Shown here: positions 23,530-33,858 of the stretch, one piece after another | Numbering within the stretch: the stretch's first letter is position 1 | How the letters are laid out: each line of letters starts with the position of its first letter | Origin: Desulfurococcaceae archaeon | Lineage (GTDB): Archaea; Thermoproteota; Thermoprotei_A; Sulfolobales; Desulfurococcaceae | Length of the DNA stretch: 64,000 bases | Direction: 5' to 3' | Assembly: GCA_038888155.1 (NCBI GenBank) | Contig: JAWAJB010000002.1 | Location: 1 to 64,000 of the forward strand | Notes under the pieces: model-generated | Told to the model about the DNA's origin: nothing | What the model saw: only the letters and a program-made list of their open reading frames with translations | The model's database searches: none | Translations under genes and position numbers: made by a program

Positions 23530-25479
23530 CTACTTTAAAACTATAGTGGTTTTATACACTACCCTCAGTGGACTGTACTCGCGCCCGCTTCCATCGTAAA
23601 ACTTAGTCAGAAATTCAAGTACGCAAAGCCTTAGTGAATGTATAAATGCACCTAGCTGTGCAAGCACTAGTATGAGTATGTTGGATGCTACAAGCAGTGG
23701 TATTGTTGCAATTACACCGAGGAAGTGGCTGAAACCCGCAAAGTAATCGAAGATCATTTCATTCATGAAGTTGAAAATTGTAGCCATGTAGTATGTAGCC
23801 AACCCTACGCCCGCCAACCTGACGTAGCTCAATACATCGCCAAGGAGGCCAGTTATCTGGAAAATCCACATTAATAGTCCTAGCCAGCGCATTGTCAACA
23901 AGCTTCCCACTACGATTAGGCCGACGCCAATTGTCGAGCCAGCTATTAGAACGCTCTCAGGTAAGGCTCCGAGGAGTGGGACGTTGAACTTTAAGAATAG
24001 GCTTAGGATATAAGGTATGCCGAAAATCTCGCCAATTATGAGACCAGCCTCAATTATAAGCTCTCCAGTCCTCCTTTCCCTTGCGAACTTAATTGTTGCT
24101 AATATGTGAGCTATATTTACATGTACAAGCCCAACGATCATGGAGAGCTTAATAAACTCGAGTGGGCTTGAGAGAGGAGTTAGGATCACTGGTAAGTTAA
24201 CTCCTAGGAACCTTTGTATTAAGTCTCCAAATATTGAGCCCGAGAGAAAGCCAAATATTAAAGCTATTATGTTAGAGATGAGCACTACTCCTTTAAACTC
24301 CCTGTACGCATAAGACTCGGGGTTATCAACTATTCTATCCAATAGAAATAGTGCCGCTAAGATTCCAATGAGAGAGTATCCAACATCTGCGTTCATTAAG
24401 GCAAAGAAAAAGGCAAATGAATAAGCTATTAGTGGTGTAGGATCCCACTCTTTATAACCAGGTATCCCATATAGCCTGGTTATTACTTGATAAAACCTTA
24501 CAATCGGCTTATTCTTCATCAAGGTAGGCGGGGATTCATTAGGCTCAGGCTCGCTGAGCTCTATAAATGTAGGTATCCCGCTACTTGAAACCCTTGAAAT
24601 CAAGTTTCCTGCCATTTCTCCAGGAATCCACCCGACAATCATTGATATGTGCTTTAGGCTCTGAACGGCCCCAAGCGCTAAATATCTCTGTAGGGCATTT
24701 TCAACGTAGAGCAAATACTTCCCAAGCACCCAAGCGCTCTTCTTGATGTTATCCTCAAGATCTTTTTCAAGTTGTGCAAGTCTAGTTTGCAAGTCTGCAA
24801 GCTCCTTTTGCAGACGAGCTCTCAGCTCAGCTATACTACTCTCATGCTTAATCAGCTTTAGAGCCTCTCCAGGAGGGTGCCAAGTACAACTGGACCTAAT
24901 GGAATTGAAGAACTCATTAAACCCCGCGCTATCGAGGTAAATAAACAGAGCAACTTGGTCCTCGCTCACCTCATATTTCTCATAGGCCTTAACGAATTGA
25001 TTCTTTGTAATTAGCTCTGCCGAATCATGTCTGCTCAACACTAGAGCACTAGAAATTCTCTTACCTTTATAATACAGACTTTTTGGATCAATTGTTGTGG
25101 GTATTTTAGATAAAGCTTTATCGATTAGCTGTAGCTCTTCTACTGCTCTCCTTAGTCTGTAAATCTCTTGATCTTGGCTGTTAATAGTGACTTGAATAGA
25201 ACTAACTTCTGATTTAATCTTCTCGAGAGTCAAGCTAGCTATTTCAGCTCCCGTTAGCTCAGCTTTTATTGTAATCCCCTTTGCCCTCGACAATATGCTC
25301 ATGATATCTTCGTGAAGCTTCTTTAGGTTCTCGTATTCGCTCAATAGCTTTCCCGCCTCTTGCTGGGCAATGTCAACAACTCCGGCTTCTTGAAGAAACA
25401 TTAGGATTTTGTCCTTATGTTCGCTTGGATAAAGAACTCTTACTTTTTTCATGTTAGCAGGTCTGCTTAAAAAGATCAT
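23530..25479 (-). CDS. atpI: A-type ATP synthase subunit I (a)
   Basis: YGIPGYKEWDPTP, GDVLSYVRL, HSLRLCVLEFLTKFY. Confidence 0.97.
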   Translation of the reverse strand: MIFLSRPANMKKVRVLYPSEHKDKILMFLQEAGVVDIAQQEAGKLLSEYENLKKLHEDIMSILSRAKGITIKAELTGAEIASLTLEKIKSEVSSIQVTINSQDQEIYRLRRAVEELQLIDKALSKIPTTIDPKSLYYKGKRISSALVLSRHDSAELITKNQFVKAYEKYEVSEDQVALFIYLDSAGFNEFFNSIRSSCTWHPPGEALKLIKHESSIAELRARLQKELADLQTRLAQLEKDLEDNIKKSAWVLGKYLLYVENALQRYLALGAVQSLKHISMIVGWIPGEMAGNLISRVSSSGIPTFIELSEPEPNESPPTLMKNKPIVRFYQVITRLYGIPGYKEWDPTPLIAYSFAFFFALMNADVGYSLIGILAALFLLDRIVDNPESYAYREFKGVVLISNIIALIFGFLSGSIFGDLIQRFLGVNLPVILTPLSSPLEFIKLSMIVGLVHVNIAHILATIKFARERRTGELIIEAGLIIGEIFGIPYILSLFLKFNVPLLGALPESVLIAGSTIGVGLIVVGSLLTMRWLGLLMWIFQITGLLGDVLSYVRLAGVGLATYYMATIFNFMNEMIFDYFAGFSHFLGVIATIPLLVASNILILVLAQLGAFIHSLRLCVLEFLTKFYDGSGREYSPLRVVYKTTIVLK

Positions 25480-25784
25480 CCCGTTTTCATCCCCGTGACG
25501 TACTCGAGAATGAAGCGAACAGCCTCATCCATATTTCGACGCGCAGAGGCCTTTAACTTCTTGGCCAACTCCTCCGCTTCCTCAATTATTCTAGATGCCT
25601 CTTTCCTAGCCTCTTCTATTATTTTACTGGCCTCCTCTTGATACTCCTCAGTGGGGACTGGTTTATTGAGTATCTCTACTGCTCTCTGCCTCGCTGCCCT
25701 AATTATGTTTTCTCTTTCTGTCTCTGCCCGGGAAAGTATTTCATCTACCTTCCTGTCGAGCTCTTCGGCGCTCATCGCCAACAC
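25476..25784 (-). CDS. A-type ATP synthase subunit H/G (peripheral stalk)
   Basis: Charged coiled coil (IIEEA repeats) immediately upstream of subunit I. Confidence 0.75.
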   Translation of the reverse strand: MLAMSAEELDRKVDEILSRAETERENIIRAARQRAVEILNKPVPTEEYQEEASKIIEEARKEASRIIEEAEELAKKLKASARRNMDEAVRFILEYVTGMKTG

Positions 25785-25787
25785 CGG

Positions 25788-26204
25788 CTAAACTTCTTTA
25801 TTTATGATACTAGGGCTCAGTAATATAGTTGAGGTCGTTCGGAGCTTCCTCCTTAGCTCAAATACACTAGGTCTGTAGAGAATTAGTGGAGCGCTTGACC
25901 CCTCCAGCCCGAGCACTTTAGCAGCAATTTTAGCCTCAAGCGGATTCCTTATTAAGTATATGCCCTCGCCCTCTGGAACGAACTCTACTAATATAGGCAG
26001 TTTGAGCTCGCAGTTATTGTTAGATAGGGTGCTTATGAGACTGATTTCCCTGTAGTCAAAGACGTGTAAGTCTCCAGCGCTAGTTATAACATATGGTACC
26101 TCCATATTGATGAGCTCACATATAGATACCCTTTTCGAGGGAATATGCCTGTTAGCTACTCTCAGCTCCTCTCTTAAGAAAGCGTCTATGAATTCTCTCT
26201 CCAT
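25788..26204 (-). CDS. DUF61 (UPF0216) family protein
   Basis: EELRVANRHIPSKRVS...LPILVE...LRRKLRTTSTI pattern. Confidence 0.75.
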   Translation of the reverse strand: MEREFIDAFLREELRVANRHIPSKRVSICELINMEVPYVITSAGDLHVFDYREISLISTLSNNNCELKLPILVEFVPEGEGIYLIRNPLEAKIAAKVLGLEGSSAPLILYRPSVFELRRKLRTTSTILLSPSIINKEV

Positions 26205-26827
26205 GATGATCCATGCCTCGAGAGTATCTGTTTTATTCTCTTAAGCCTGGCCTTCTCCTCGCGCTCTCTTTCGTCGAACCTTAGCTGGAGAAGCTTAATG
26301 GTGTTATTTAGCTTTGGTATTATTATGTACTGTAGCGCGTTAGTTTTCCTCTTTGTGATAGCTATTTCCCTGCCCAGCTCGTGCACAGCGTTCTCCAATC
26401 TAGCGAGGTCTAAAATAGTACTCACAAGCTCCCGGGACGCGCGTATAAATTCCTCGAGTCCAGGAGTTTCAACTTCTTGTCCTTCTCTGTACTTTAGAAC
26501 AATTGTTTTTATTTTTACTCCCATTATGTTCTCCGCGCCTATATATGTCTTTGGTTTACATGAAGCCTCGCGGAGGTAAGGAGCTAGACTTGAACCATAT
26601 GTGCCAATTAAAGCCCCTGATCTACGATATACGCTTAGCAGTTGGTCGTAAAGACCTTTTCTTTTCTCAATGGACTCCCTTAATGCAACTAAAAATTCAT
26701 TAACCAATATAGTGAGACGCTCGCTAAGGATCTTGCGGACTCGTACGCTGGTAGACAGCCTTCTCCTAAGCCTAATAAGCTCGATCTTTGTAGGCCTTAC
26801 TCTCATTAGAGTAGACAACATAAGCAC
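26186..26827 (-). CDS. atpD: A-type ATP synthase subunit D
   Basis: RPTKIELIRLRRRL, NIMGVKI, TKRKTNALQYIIIP, EREREEKARLK. Confidence 0.96.
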   Translation of the reverse strand: MLMLSTLMRVRPTKIELIRLRRRLSTSVRVRKILSERLTILVNEFLVALRESIEKRKGLYDQLLSVYRRSGALIGTYGSSLAPYLREASCKPKTYIGAENIMGVKIKTIVLKYREGQEVETPGLEEFIRASRELVSTILDLARLENAVHELGREIAITKRKTNALQYIIIPKLNNTIKLLQLRFDEREREEKARLKRIKQILSRHGSSWRENS

Positions 26828-26881
26828 CTATGTAGTCCAGCAGTGTTTCCTAATAGGGTGTGGGATTAATAATTTTATACC

Positions 26882-27247
26882 TTAATCTAAAGGCTCCCTA
26901 GATATGGCGTCAATGACCTTGACTAGCTTAACTTCTAGCACGTTTTCACCGCGTAATATGAGGTAGGCAGCGTAAGCCAGGGGCTCGTCGGACCCCTTGC
27001 CATAAATGCCAACAACTTGAATGTTGTTGCATCCAGGTTCCTCGGGAAAAACCTCGCATCCACGTTTATCCAGTAGCGAGACATCAAGTTCATAGGGTTC
27101 GAGCACTTGCCCTAGGATTATAGAGAAGCGCTCGTCTAAGAAGTCAAGCACGAAATCCATGAATTCCCTGAAAGCCCAACTGCTGTTGCCCTCAATATGT
27201 ATCCTCAGTTGAAGGAGCCTTTTTAGAACATCTGGTTGAATATTCAA
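26882..27247 (-). CDS. Hypothetical protein
   Basis: 121-aa ORF tightly packed between neighbours. Confidence 0.6.
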   Translation of the reverse strand: MNIQPDVLKRLLQLRIHIEGNSSWAFREFMDFVLDFLDERFSIILGQVLEPYELDVSLLDKRGCEVFPEEPGCNNIQVVGIYGKGSDEPLAYAAYLILRGENVLEVKLVKVIDAISREPLD

Positions 27248-27253
27248 GGTAGA

Positions 27254-27781
27254 TCAACCATTGAGCTTGTAGAGCAAGACTGCTAGGGAAGTTTTCATAT
27301 CAATAATCTCATTCCTTAACACCATTTCATATACCTTGTTGAACTCTAGCTTAATTGGCTCAATAATCTCGTACTTCTCGGGCCTAGCTCCAACGTACTC
27401 TAACCCCTCTGCGTAGAATAGATGAATGAGTTCGCTACTGTATCCAGGAGCAGGGGTATATACCCCTAAATTTTTGAGCTTGCTGGGCAAATAACCTGTC
27501 TCCTCCGCGAGCTCCCTCCTAGCTGTTTCCTCTGGGCTCTCTCCCCTATCTACAACACCTGCAGGGGCCTCAATTATGAATTTGTTTAGTGGAGCTCTGA
27601 ATTGTTTAATTAACAAAACCTCTCTAGGAGTAATAAAGGGGAGGACAACTACGGCCTGAGGGAAGACCACAACATCCCTCTCAAACGAGTCATCTCTGGA
27701 CTTTGCATATTTTCTCCTAACAACTTTGAACCTAAGACCTTGAAGTAGCTCTTTCTCTTCAAGTAAAATAGGCATCTTCAT
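27254..27781 (-). CDS. NUDIX hydrolase (ADP-ribose pyrophosphatase-like); start trimmed from the ORF-track call
   Basis: Nudix box GVVDRGESPEETARRELAEETG; QFRAP; PGYSSE. The track's N-terminal extension overlaps nfo antisense. Confidence 0.9.
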   Translation of the reverse strand: MKMPILLEEKELLQGLRFKVVRRKYAKSRDDSFERDVVVFPQAVVVLPFITPREVLLIKQFRAPLNKFIIEAPAGVVDRGESPEETARRELAEETGYLPSKLKNLGVYTPAPGYSSELIHLFYAEGLEYVGARPEKYEIIEPIKLEFNKVYEMVLRNEIIDMKTSLAVLLYKLNG

Positions 27782-27854
27782 GGCAACATCGCACATCTTT
27801 ATTAAATGCGAGGCTATTATATACGGGATAGTGATATTATAACGGTGATTACAG

Positions 27855-28739
27855 TTGCCGAGGCTGTGGTTTGGACCGGCAGGTAAGCCAATAGCCCTTA
27901 AGTCAAGCGATATCCTCCTTGCGCCGCCTCTCTTGAAGGAAATGGGACTAAATGCCATGGAGTATGAAGCTGTTCGCGGAGTCAACATAAGGGAGGAAAA
28001 GGCAAAGGCGCTTGGCGTGGAGGCCAATTTGAAGGGAATTAAGTTAAGCCTTCATGCTCCTTACTTCATAAATTTAGCTGGGAGAAAGGGAGTCGTCGAG
28101 GCTAGCATAATGAGGCTCAACGAGTCAGTGAAGGCATCAGCTTGGATGGGAGCATATATTGTAGTTTTCCACCCGGGGTACTACAAGGATGCTCTATCAA
28201 GGGGGGATGCCCTAAAGAAGGTTATAGAGAACATAAAGCCAGTCATTGAGTATAGGGATCAACTGGGTTTTAAAGCTGTTTGGCTTGGCCCAGAGACAAC
28301 GGGGAAAACTAGTCAAGTAGGCGACCTCAGAGAGGTAATAGAGATATCTAGAAACTTGGGGGGTGTTAGGCCTGTTGTTGATTTCGCTCACCTGTATGCT
28401 AGGAGCGGGGGAAAGTTCATTAAATCAAAGGACGATGTTTTATCCGTGTTAAGCTTAATAGAGAAGGAGCTGGGTTCATGGGCTCTAAAGCCATTGCACA
28501 CACACTTCTCCAAGATCGAGTACGGCAAGGGTGGGGAGAGAGAACATCACACACTCTCCGAAGATGCCTACGGTCCAGATTTCTCGCCCGTATGCGCTGC
28601 TCTATGTGAACAGAATGTAGACTCCGTGATTATAAGCGAAAGCCCCGTGTTAGAGCAAGACGCGCTGGTAATGCTCAAGATATGCAAAGAGACTTGTGGT
28701 GATAGCTGCGTTGTTGAACAGGCTCAGAAAGAAAGTTGA
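27855..28739 (+). CDS. nfo: Endonuclease IV (AP endonuclease family 2)
   Basis: HAPYFINL, FHPGYY, ETTGK, DFAHLYAR, HTHFS, ISESP. Confidence 0.93.
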   Translation: MPRLWFGPAGKPIALKSSDILLAPPLLKEMGLNAMEYEAVRGVNIREEKAKALGVEANLKGIKLSLHAPYFINLAGRKGVVEASIMRLNESVKASAWMGAYIVVFHPGYYKDALSRGDALKKVIENIKPVIEYRDQLGFKAVWLGPETTGKTSQVGDLREVIEISRNLGGVRPVVDFAHLYARSGGKFIKSKDDVLSVLSLIEKELGSWALKPLHTHFSKIEYGKGGEREHHTLSEDAYGPDFSPVCAALCEQNVDSVIISESPVLEQDALVMLKICKETCGDSCVVEQAQKES

Positions 28740-29283
28740 GACCGTTTTTGTTGTATTAGCAACCTATACGTCAAGACTAGGGTTTACGCCCAACTCGCTT
28801 ACAATCCTCTCGCTGTTGGTTGCTTTAATTGGCTTTTCTCTATCTTATTTGTTTAAATCTGGGCTCTACCTCTCACTCTGCATTATAATCTCAGGTTTAC
28901 TGGACTCCCTAGACGGAGCAGTTGCAAGGCTCCAATCAAAAGAAACAAAGAGAGGGGCCTTCCTCGATTCATTTATAGATAGAGTCTCGGAGGCAGTTAT
29001 TATAGTATCCTTTATGTCTCTAGACTTCAATGTGTATAGTGTGGTCGCGCTATTAGCTCTATCGAACTTAGTGAGCTACTCTAGGGCCAGAGGCGAGAGC
29101 CTCGGGATAAAACTAGCAGGTGTAGGGTTAATGGAGAGAGCCGAGAGGCTTATTTTCCTGGCGTTTATTGCAATGTTAGCTGATACAAAGCTAGTAGTAG
29201 CCCAAATATTGTACCTCATAACGGCAATATTAACTGCCATAACAATTGTTCAGAGGTTCATGTATGTGTGGAGAGCTTTATAA
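28696..29283 (+). CDS. CDP-alcohol phosphatidyltransferase (archaetidylinositol phosphate synthase-like)
   Basis: DSLDGAVAR...GAFLDSFIDR; SYSRARGE; GLMERAER. Confidence 0.92.
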   Translation: MVIAALLNRLRKKVETVFVVLATYTSRLGFTPNSLTILSLLVALIGFSLSYLFKSGLYLSLCIIISGLLDSLDGAVARLQSKETKRGAFLDSFIDRVSEAVIIVSFMSLDFNVYSVVALLALSNLVSYSRARGESLGIKLAGVGLMERAERLIFLAFIAMLADTKLVVAQILYLITAILTAITIVQRFMYVWRAL

Positions 29284-29491
29284 TTACAGTTAACTCTGAA
29301 ACTCGCCAAATACGTGGCGAGTAGCTCTGATAATTTTAGATAACCCTCAAGATCACTTCTGAGCTATCACTTAACAACGCTATTTTTCAAAATAATGCAA
29401 GCCAAGAATAACCAGTGTTGCAGGGCCAGATAGGCTCGTTCAATAAAGAGAGGCATAGCTTTTACAATCGATACGGTAGGCTCCTAAACCG

Positions 29492-31534
29492 CTATGTGAG
29501 ATAAGATAGATCGTAATGCCCTACAAGAGGAAGAGGCGTCTTAAATAACGTGTACCCGAGCCTTAAGACATGGCTCTTAATCACTCCAACTCTATCGCTG
29601 GCTCTTGTAATTATGTCCCTGTATTCGTTGGGAAGATCTAGCTCTGCAAGGTGAGTTTTGTCTGTTCTAAGCACAATCTTCGTGTTAGTCAGTTGGAGTA
29701 TAATATCGTGTACATCCTTGGGGCTATGTGTGCTGAATATCAAGCCAAGCCTCCTCGCCCTCCCCAACCTCGCTATTCTGTCAATCATGCTTGAAACATG
29801 CTCGGTATATTCCTCGACCCCGCTTCTGCTTGGAAAGAACCGGTGTGCCTCATCAATGAAGATTAGAACCGGTTGAGTCTCGAGCTCGTTTCTGCTTTTA
29901 GTGATCTTCCACTCAAAGATCTTATTTAATACTCTAAACGCCGTTATGCTTATAGTTTTCTCCGGATCTGCAAGCGAGTGCAGTTGTAGGTACTCCAAGT
30001 CCAGTACGATGGGGTAGCTGTTGAAAATGCTGTGATGCTCATCAAGCAATCCACCTATTGGTGGCTCGTGAAGGTATCTATCTTCGCCATGACCTCTTAC
30101 GTACACATCAAACAGGCCCGTATCTAGCAGTGCTCCTATTTGCCTGATCATGTTTTCAAGTGTACTCTTATGTACCGCAAGATCCTTGATAATTTCAATG
30201 ATGTACTCTTTATTCGGGTCTAGTGTTATGCCTCTAGGTTTATTCTTATTCGGTTTCTCCTCGATCTTAACTCTTGCCTCCTTTAATGTCTCATAGAGGT
30301 CATATATTGTTTCCACTTGGGCGTTTTTAGCTGTCATAGCTTGAAGGAGTCTTTGAAGGGTGTCCTTGGCCTGCCTTGTGAAATAAGGGTTTAGATTTAT
30401 GAGCTCTCTGAAAGGAAGATCTGCAAGTCTTAATGCATATGGAATTATACAGTAGCTAATATCATCTACCTCCTCCCCATATTTTATGGAGACAGCAGTT
30501 TTTACGTATCTGAGAACACCATACTTCGTAGGCTCCTCTACGACATCTAACTCTCTGATCTCGTAATTCCACCCAAATTTACTGGTTATGGGCTTGAGAA
30601 TGCTCTTTAAGTACTCTTCAGATATTTCCCTAAGGACCTTAGCCCAGGTTTCTGCTCTCTCAATATATCTCTCGACAACACTCTTAGTTATTGGAAGTAA
30701 TATAATTAAACCCTTTACGCCCCTTATGTTCTCAAAGACTTTCTCAGTTAGCCCCACCTCTTCACTTTGTTCTGCTTTTAGTACACTCCACAGGGGTCTA
30801 AGTGGGATCGTCACATAGTCTTTATTTGGATCAAATATAATAGTGCTTACTTTATCTTCGCTTAATTTGTACCTACAGCTTATTGAGGCAATCATGTTCT
30901 TCAATAGGGTAGTTTTTCCGCTACCAGTTGTGCCTAGCACAAGCACGTGCTGGTAAAAAGCTCGAGTTGGTAAGAATAGCAGTGCGTTGCCTTGAAAGAG
31001 GGGGCTATCCCCAGTGGTTGCATATCCCAGGAACACACCATTTGTTGGCAAGCCCATTACTTTTTGAACGATAGCTGGGTCTTTTAGCAAAATAACTGGG
31101 CTTTGAGGCTCAATAACGTAGTTGGCAACAATAACGCGCTGACTCCCTAAGTCATAAACTAAAAGAGGCTTAGCCTTAATTCGCGTTTTAGTGAGGAGAC
31201 CAGACACCTCGTTGCCAGGCATTGGCGTGTACATGTCGGGCAAGTCTAGCTCAGCAAGTATGTCCCTTCGCTCTACGCTGACCACTTTAAGGCTGACAAC
31301 ATTTAATGTCTTAATGTCGACTACCCCCAGAAAGCTACCCAGCTGGGCGATTGCATTAAAGTTCTGAAAGTACACGACTGGATCAACGTCAAACACCACG
31401 TAGCCGCCTTCTTCGTCTACTTGTGAGGGGCTTACCCTGGAAACATATCCAACTACTTCTCCCAATCTAGTAGCTATTTTAACAGCCTCGCTGGCCCTGT
31501 CCTCAAGCGCTTTTAATACTTCTTTGGTGGACAA
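29492..31534 (-). CDS. HerA/FtsK-family ATPase (DUF87)
   Basis: N-terminal barrel region, Walker A GTTGSGKT, Walker B IFIDEAHRF, ARLGR, STHSP. Confidence 0.9.
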   Translation of the reverse strand: MSTKEVLKALEDRASEAVKIATRLGEVVGYVSRVSPSQVDEEGGYVVFDVDPVVYFQNFNAIAQLGSFLGVVDIKTLNVVSLKVVSVERRDILAELDLPDMYTPMPGNEVSGLLTKTRIKAKPLLVYDLGSQRVIVANYVIEPQSPVILLKDPAIVQKVMGLPTNGVFLGYATTGDSPLFQGNALLFLPTRAFYQHVLVLGTTGSGKTTLLKNMIASISCRYKLSEDKVSTIIFDPNKDYVTIPLRPLWSVLKAEQSEEVGLTEKVFENIRGVKGLIILLPITKSVVERYIERAETWAKVLREISEEYLKSILKPITSKFGWNYEIRELDVVEEPTKYGVLRYVKTAVSIKYGEEVDDISYCIIPYALRLADLPFRELINLNPYFTRQAKDTLQRLLQAMTAKNAQVETIYDLYETLKEARVKIEEKPNKNKPRGITLDPNKEYIIEIIKDLAVHKSTLENMIRQIGALLDTGLFDVYVRGHGEDRYLHEPPIGGLLDEHHSIFNSYPIVLDLEYLQLHSLADPEKTISITAFRVLNKIFEWKITKSRNELETQPVLIFIDEAHRFFPSRSGVEEYTEHVSSMIDRIARLGRARRLGLIFSTHSPKDVHDIILQLTNTKIVLRTDKTHLAELDLPNEYRDIITRASDRVGVIKSHVLRLGYTLFKTPLPLVGHYDLSYLT

Positions 31535-31569
31535 GAATTCACCCTCGATTTACTCCACTCGGAAAAACT

Positions 31570-32745
31570 CTATAAAATACTAATATATTGGCTAGTCGAT
31601 TCCTGTGGCAACCCCATATTGTAGAGCAAATACGTTGTTAGAGAGCTGGAAATCTTTTTAACTCTTCTGTCAACGACAAGTATGCTTAGGGGTAAAAGAG
31701 AGCCCGTCCCCAAGCTATCGTAGAATATATAACTCAATATATCTTCAAAGTTCAAATAATCCTCTAATACTTCTACACGGTAAGTCACATAGTGATCTAC
31801 GCTACTCATAAAGTAGTACCATCTTCTTGGGACAACAATATACCAGAGAATCCTATTTAAGCCGAATTCGGCATCCTGGCGAACCCTAAGTGGACCAACT
31901 ACTAATGGGGGCTCTATTTCGCTGTTGCTCATTAAAAGCGCTGTCAGGTACGCTTCGTCGTTAATTATGCCCGTTGCCAAATCGGCTGGATTTGCTTTAG
32001 ATAAGTAGTAACTTTTATTAAGCCTCTTAACTATGCCTGCCAATATTATTCCTTTCCTTAACGTCCTCTTGAAAGCTCTTACTCTGCTACTATTTAAGTG
32101 GTTCACGTTCTCAACATATACGCGAACATTTTCCCTGCTAATTGGGCTCTCTTCAGCTACTCTATGAGGGTATATTAGTGGTCCATCAATAAGTAGAACG
32201 GTGTTCTCCGCGTTGTTTATTTCGTTGAACTTCTCGAGAAGGCATTGTTCGATCATTAGCCTTAGCTCAACTAATAAGAAGTTCTTATTATAGCTGCTTG
32301 TGTACGTCCCGCTAATTGGGTTTTTTATTGTTATGCTTTTTGCCTTTTCAAGCAATGTCGCAAATCCAGGGCCCAAATCTACCTCTGGGACTACAACAAT
32401 ATGCCTGCACAAGGGCTCCTCTATCCCTAGAATAGCAGGAACGCTTGGGATATCTATACCCTGTCCATTAAATCTGTTAAATATGCTCCCAGCGCTAACA
32501 GCTATAAAAACAAGGGAGGACGTTATTGTTCGTGAACTGCTGTCGAGACCAAAAACACCCGTAGCTGTTTTGACTCTCTTCACTTCGAAGGTCCTTATTG
32601 CTGGTTTTTCGAGGACCTCAATCTGCTTTTTGGGAACTTCGTCGAGAACCTCTATTGGCCTAGTGGATTGATCCTCTCTAGTAATCTTTACTCCATCATA
32701 CATGCCTCTCTTTAGTTCCTCGGCAAGGTGTACTAACTCCTTCAA
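31570..32745 (-). CDS. NurA-family nuclease
   Basis: GLDSSS, LLIDGPL, GIVKR and C-terminal LPLSILVVDRRVK motifs; directly upstream of a HerA-like gene. Confidence 0.8.
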   Translation of the reverse strand: MKELVHLAEELKRGMYDGVKITREDQSTRPIEVLDEVPKKQIEVLEKPAIRTFEVKRVKTATGVFGLDSSSRTITSSLVFIAVSAGSIFNRFNGQGIDIPSVPAILGIEEPLCRHIVVVPEVDLGPGFATLLEKAKSITIKNPISGTYTSSYNKNFLLVELRLMIEQCLLEKFNEINNAENTVLLIDGPLIYPHRVAEESPISRENVRVYVENVNHLNSSRVRAFKRTLRKGIILAGIVKRLNKSYYLSKANPADLATGIINDEAYLTALLMSNSEIEPPLVVGPLRVRQDAEFGLNRILWYIVVPRRWYYFMSSVDHYVTYRVEVLEDYLNFEDILSYIFYDSLGTGSLLPLSILVVDRRVKKISSSLTTYLLYNMGLPQESTSQYISIL

Positions 32746-32819
32746 GTTTAAACCCTTTATGTAGATATATTTTTAGGTTTGTATCTGCTTACTCATGGTA
32801 TCTACAAGGTGCTTATAAA

Positions 32820-33839
32820 GTGAACCAAGAGAAACGTAAACTATTAATACTCGGCGACTGGGATGCAGATGGTGTGGTTGCCTCAGCTTTGATTGTGTAT
32901 AGTCAGGAATATGCAAAGAAGTACCCAATTGAGGGTGACGTACTCGTAGAAAAAGTACCGGTGGATCCTGACAGATTGAAGTACATTTTATCACAGGTTC
33001 AAGCTAATTACCAAACTATTATATTGCTAGACATACCTTATAGCGAAGTTCTCGGCAATATAGTTAAGATGCTAAAAGCGCATTTTGGGGCAACTCATGT
33101 AATCTTTATAGATCATCACATAGCCAGTGCTCAGAAGATCAACGAATTAAAAACTATAATGGATGAAACTATAGTTGATTCTAGAAAGCCAACTTCGGTA
33201 TTATTGTACAATGAATTGATTAAGAGAGGCATTAACGTACACGAAAAGCTAAGGGAGTTCGTCGAAGTAATAAAGTACATGGATGCAGGAAAAAAGATAC
33301 CAGATAGATTACTTAAGTTGTTCGAACTGGCTAAAATGATATCTAAAGCCCTAACAGCTGTGAGAAACGAAGAGCTTTGGCTAAAGATCATCAACTGGCT
33401 TGCCGATCCAACGCCCTCCCCAATGCCCCTAGACGAATCTGTGTGGAGCCTGGTGAAGAAAACAGTTGACGAGAGGGACAAGGAGATAAGAGAGGTCGCT
33501 ATGAGGCTTGCTGTCACAGCCGTTAAAATATGCGATTTCAGGTTTATAGATGCTAGGGCTGTTTGGAAAAAACGCGGCGCAACCGCACTGGCATCAAAGC
33601 TCTCTCTAATTTTAAAGGCGCCAGTTGTTATGATAGCTAGCACTAATAGAGGTTACTCCCTCTTAATAATAAAGGCCCCTGCTGGAAGGGCTTACCGAAT
33701 TGCCAAGTACCTTCTTGCTGAAGGAGTTGCAATGGATATAGCTGGACACCCCAACCTAGCTATTGTGAGAATACCTAAGGACATAGAGAAAAAAGATCTT
33801 ATCGGAGTTCTTTACAATGCAATCTACTACACATCTTAG
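32820..33839 (+). CDS. DHH-family phosphoesterase/nuclease
   Basis: GDWDADG, LLDIP, IDHH, C-terminal AGHPNLA. Confidence 0.85.
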   Translation: MNQEKRKLLILGDWDADGVVASALIVYSQEYAKKYPIEGDVLVEKVPVDPDRLKYILSQVQANYQTIILLDIPYSEVLGNIVKMLKAHFGATHVIFIDHHIASAQKINELKTIMDETIVDSRKPTSVLLYNELIKRGINVHEKLREFVEVIKYMDAGKKIPDRLLKLFELAKMISKALTAVRNEELWLKIINWLADPTPSPMPLDESVWSLVKKTVDERDKEIREVAMRLAVTAVKICDFRFIDARAVWKKRGATALASKLSLILKAPVVMIASTNRGYSLLIIKAPAGRAYRIAKYLLAEGVAMDIAGHPNLAIVRIPKDIEKKDLIGVLYNAIYYTS

Positions 33840-33858
33840 CCATGCCTAGGGTAGTTAT

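Noticed and set aside
27782-28027. N-terminal extension of the NUDIX ORF in the track
   Set aside because: It is antisense to the nfo 5' end; the Nudix domain begins near 27781
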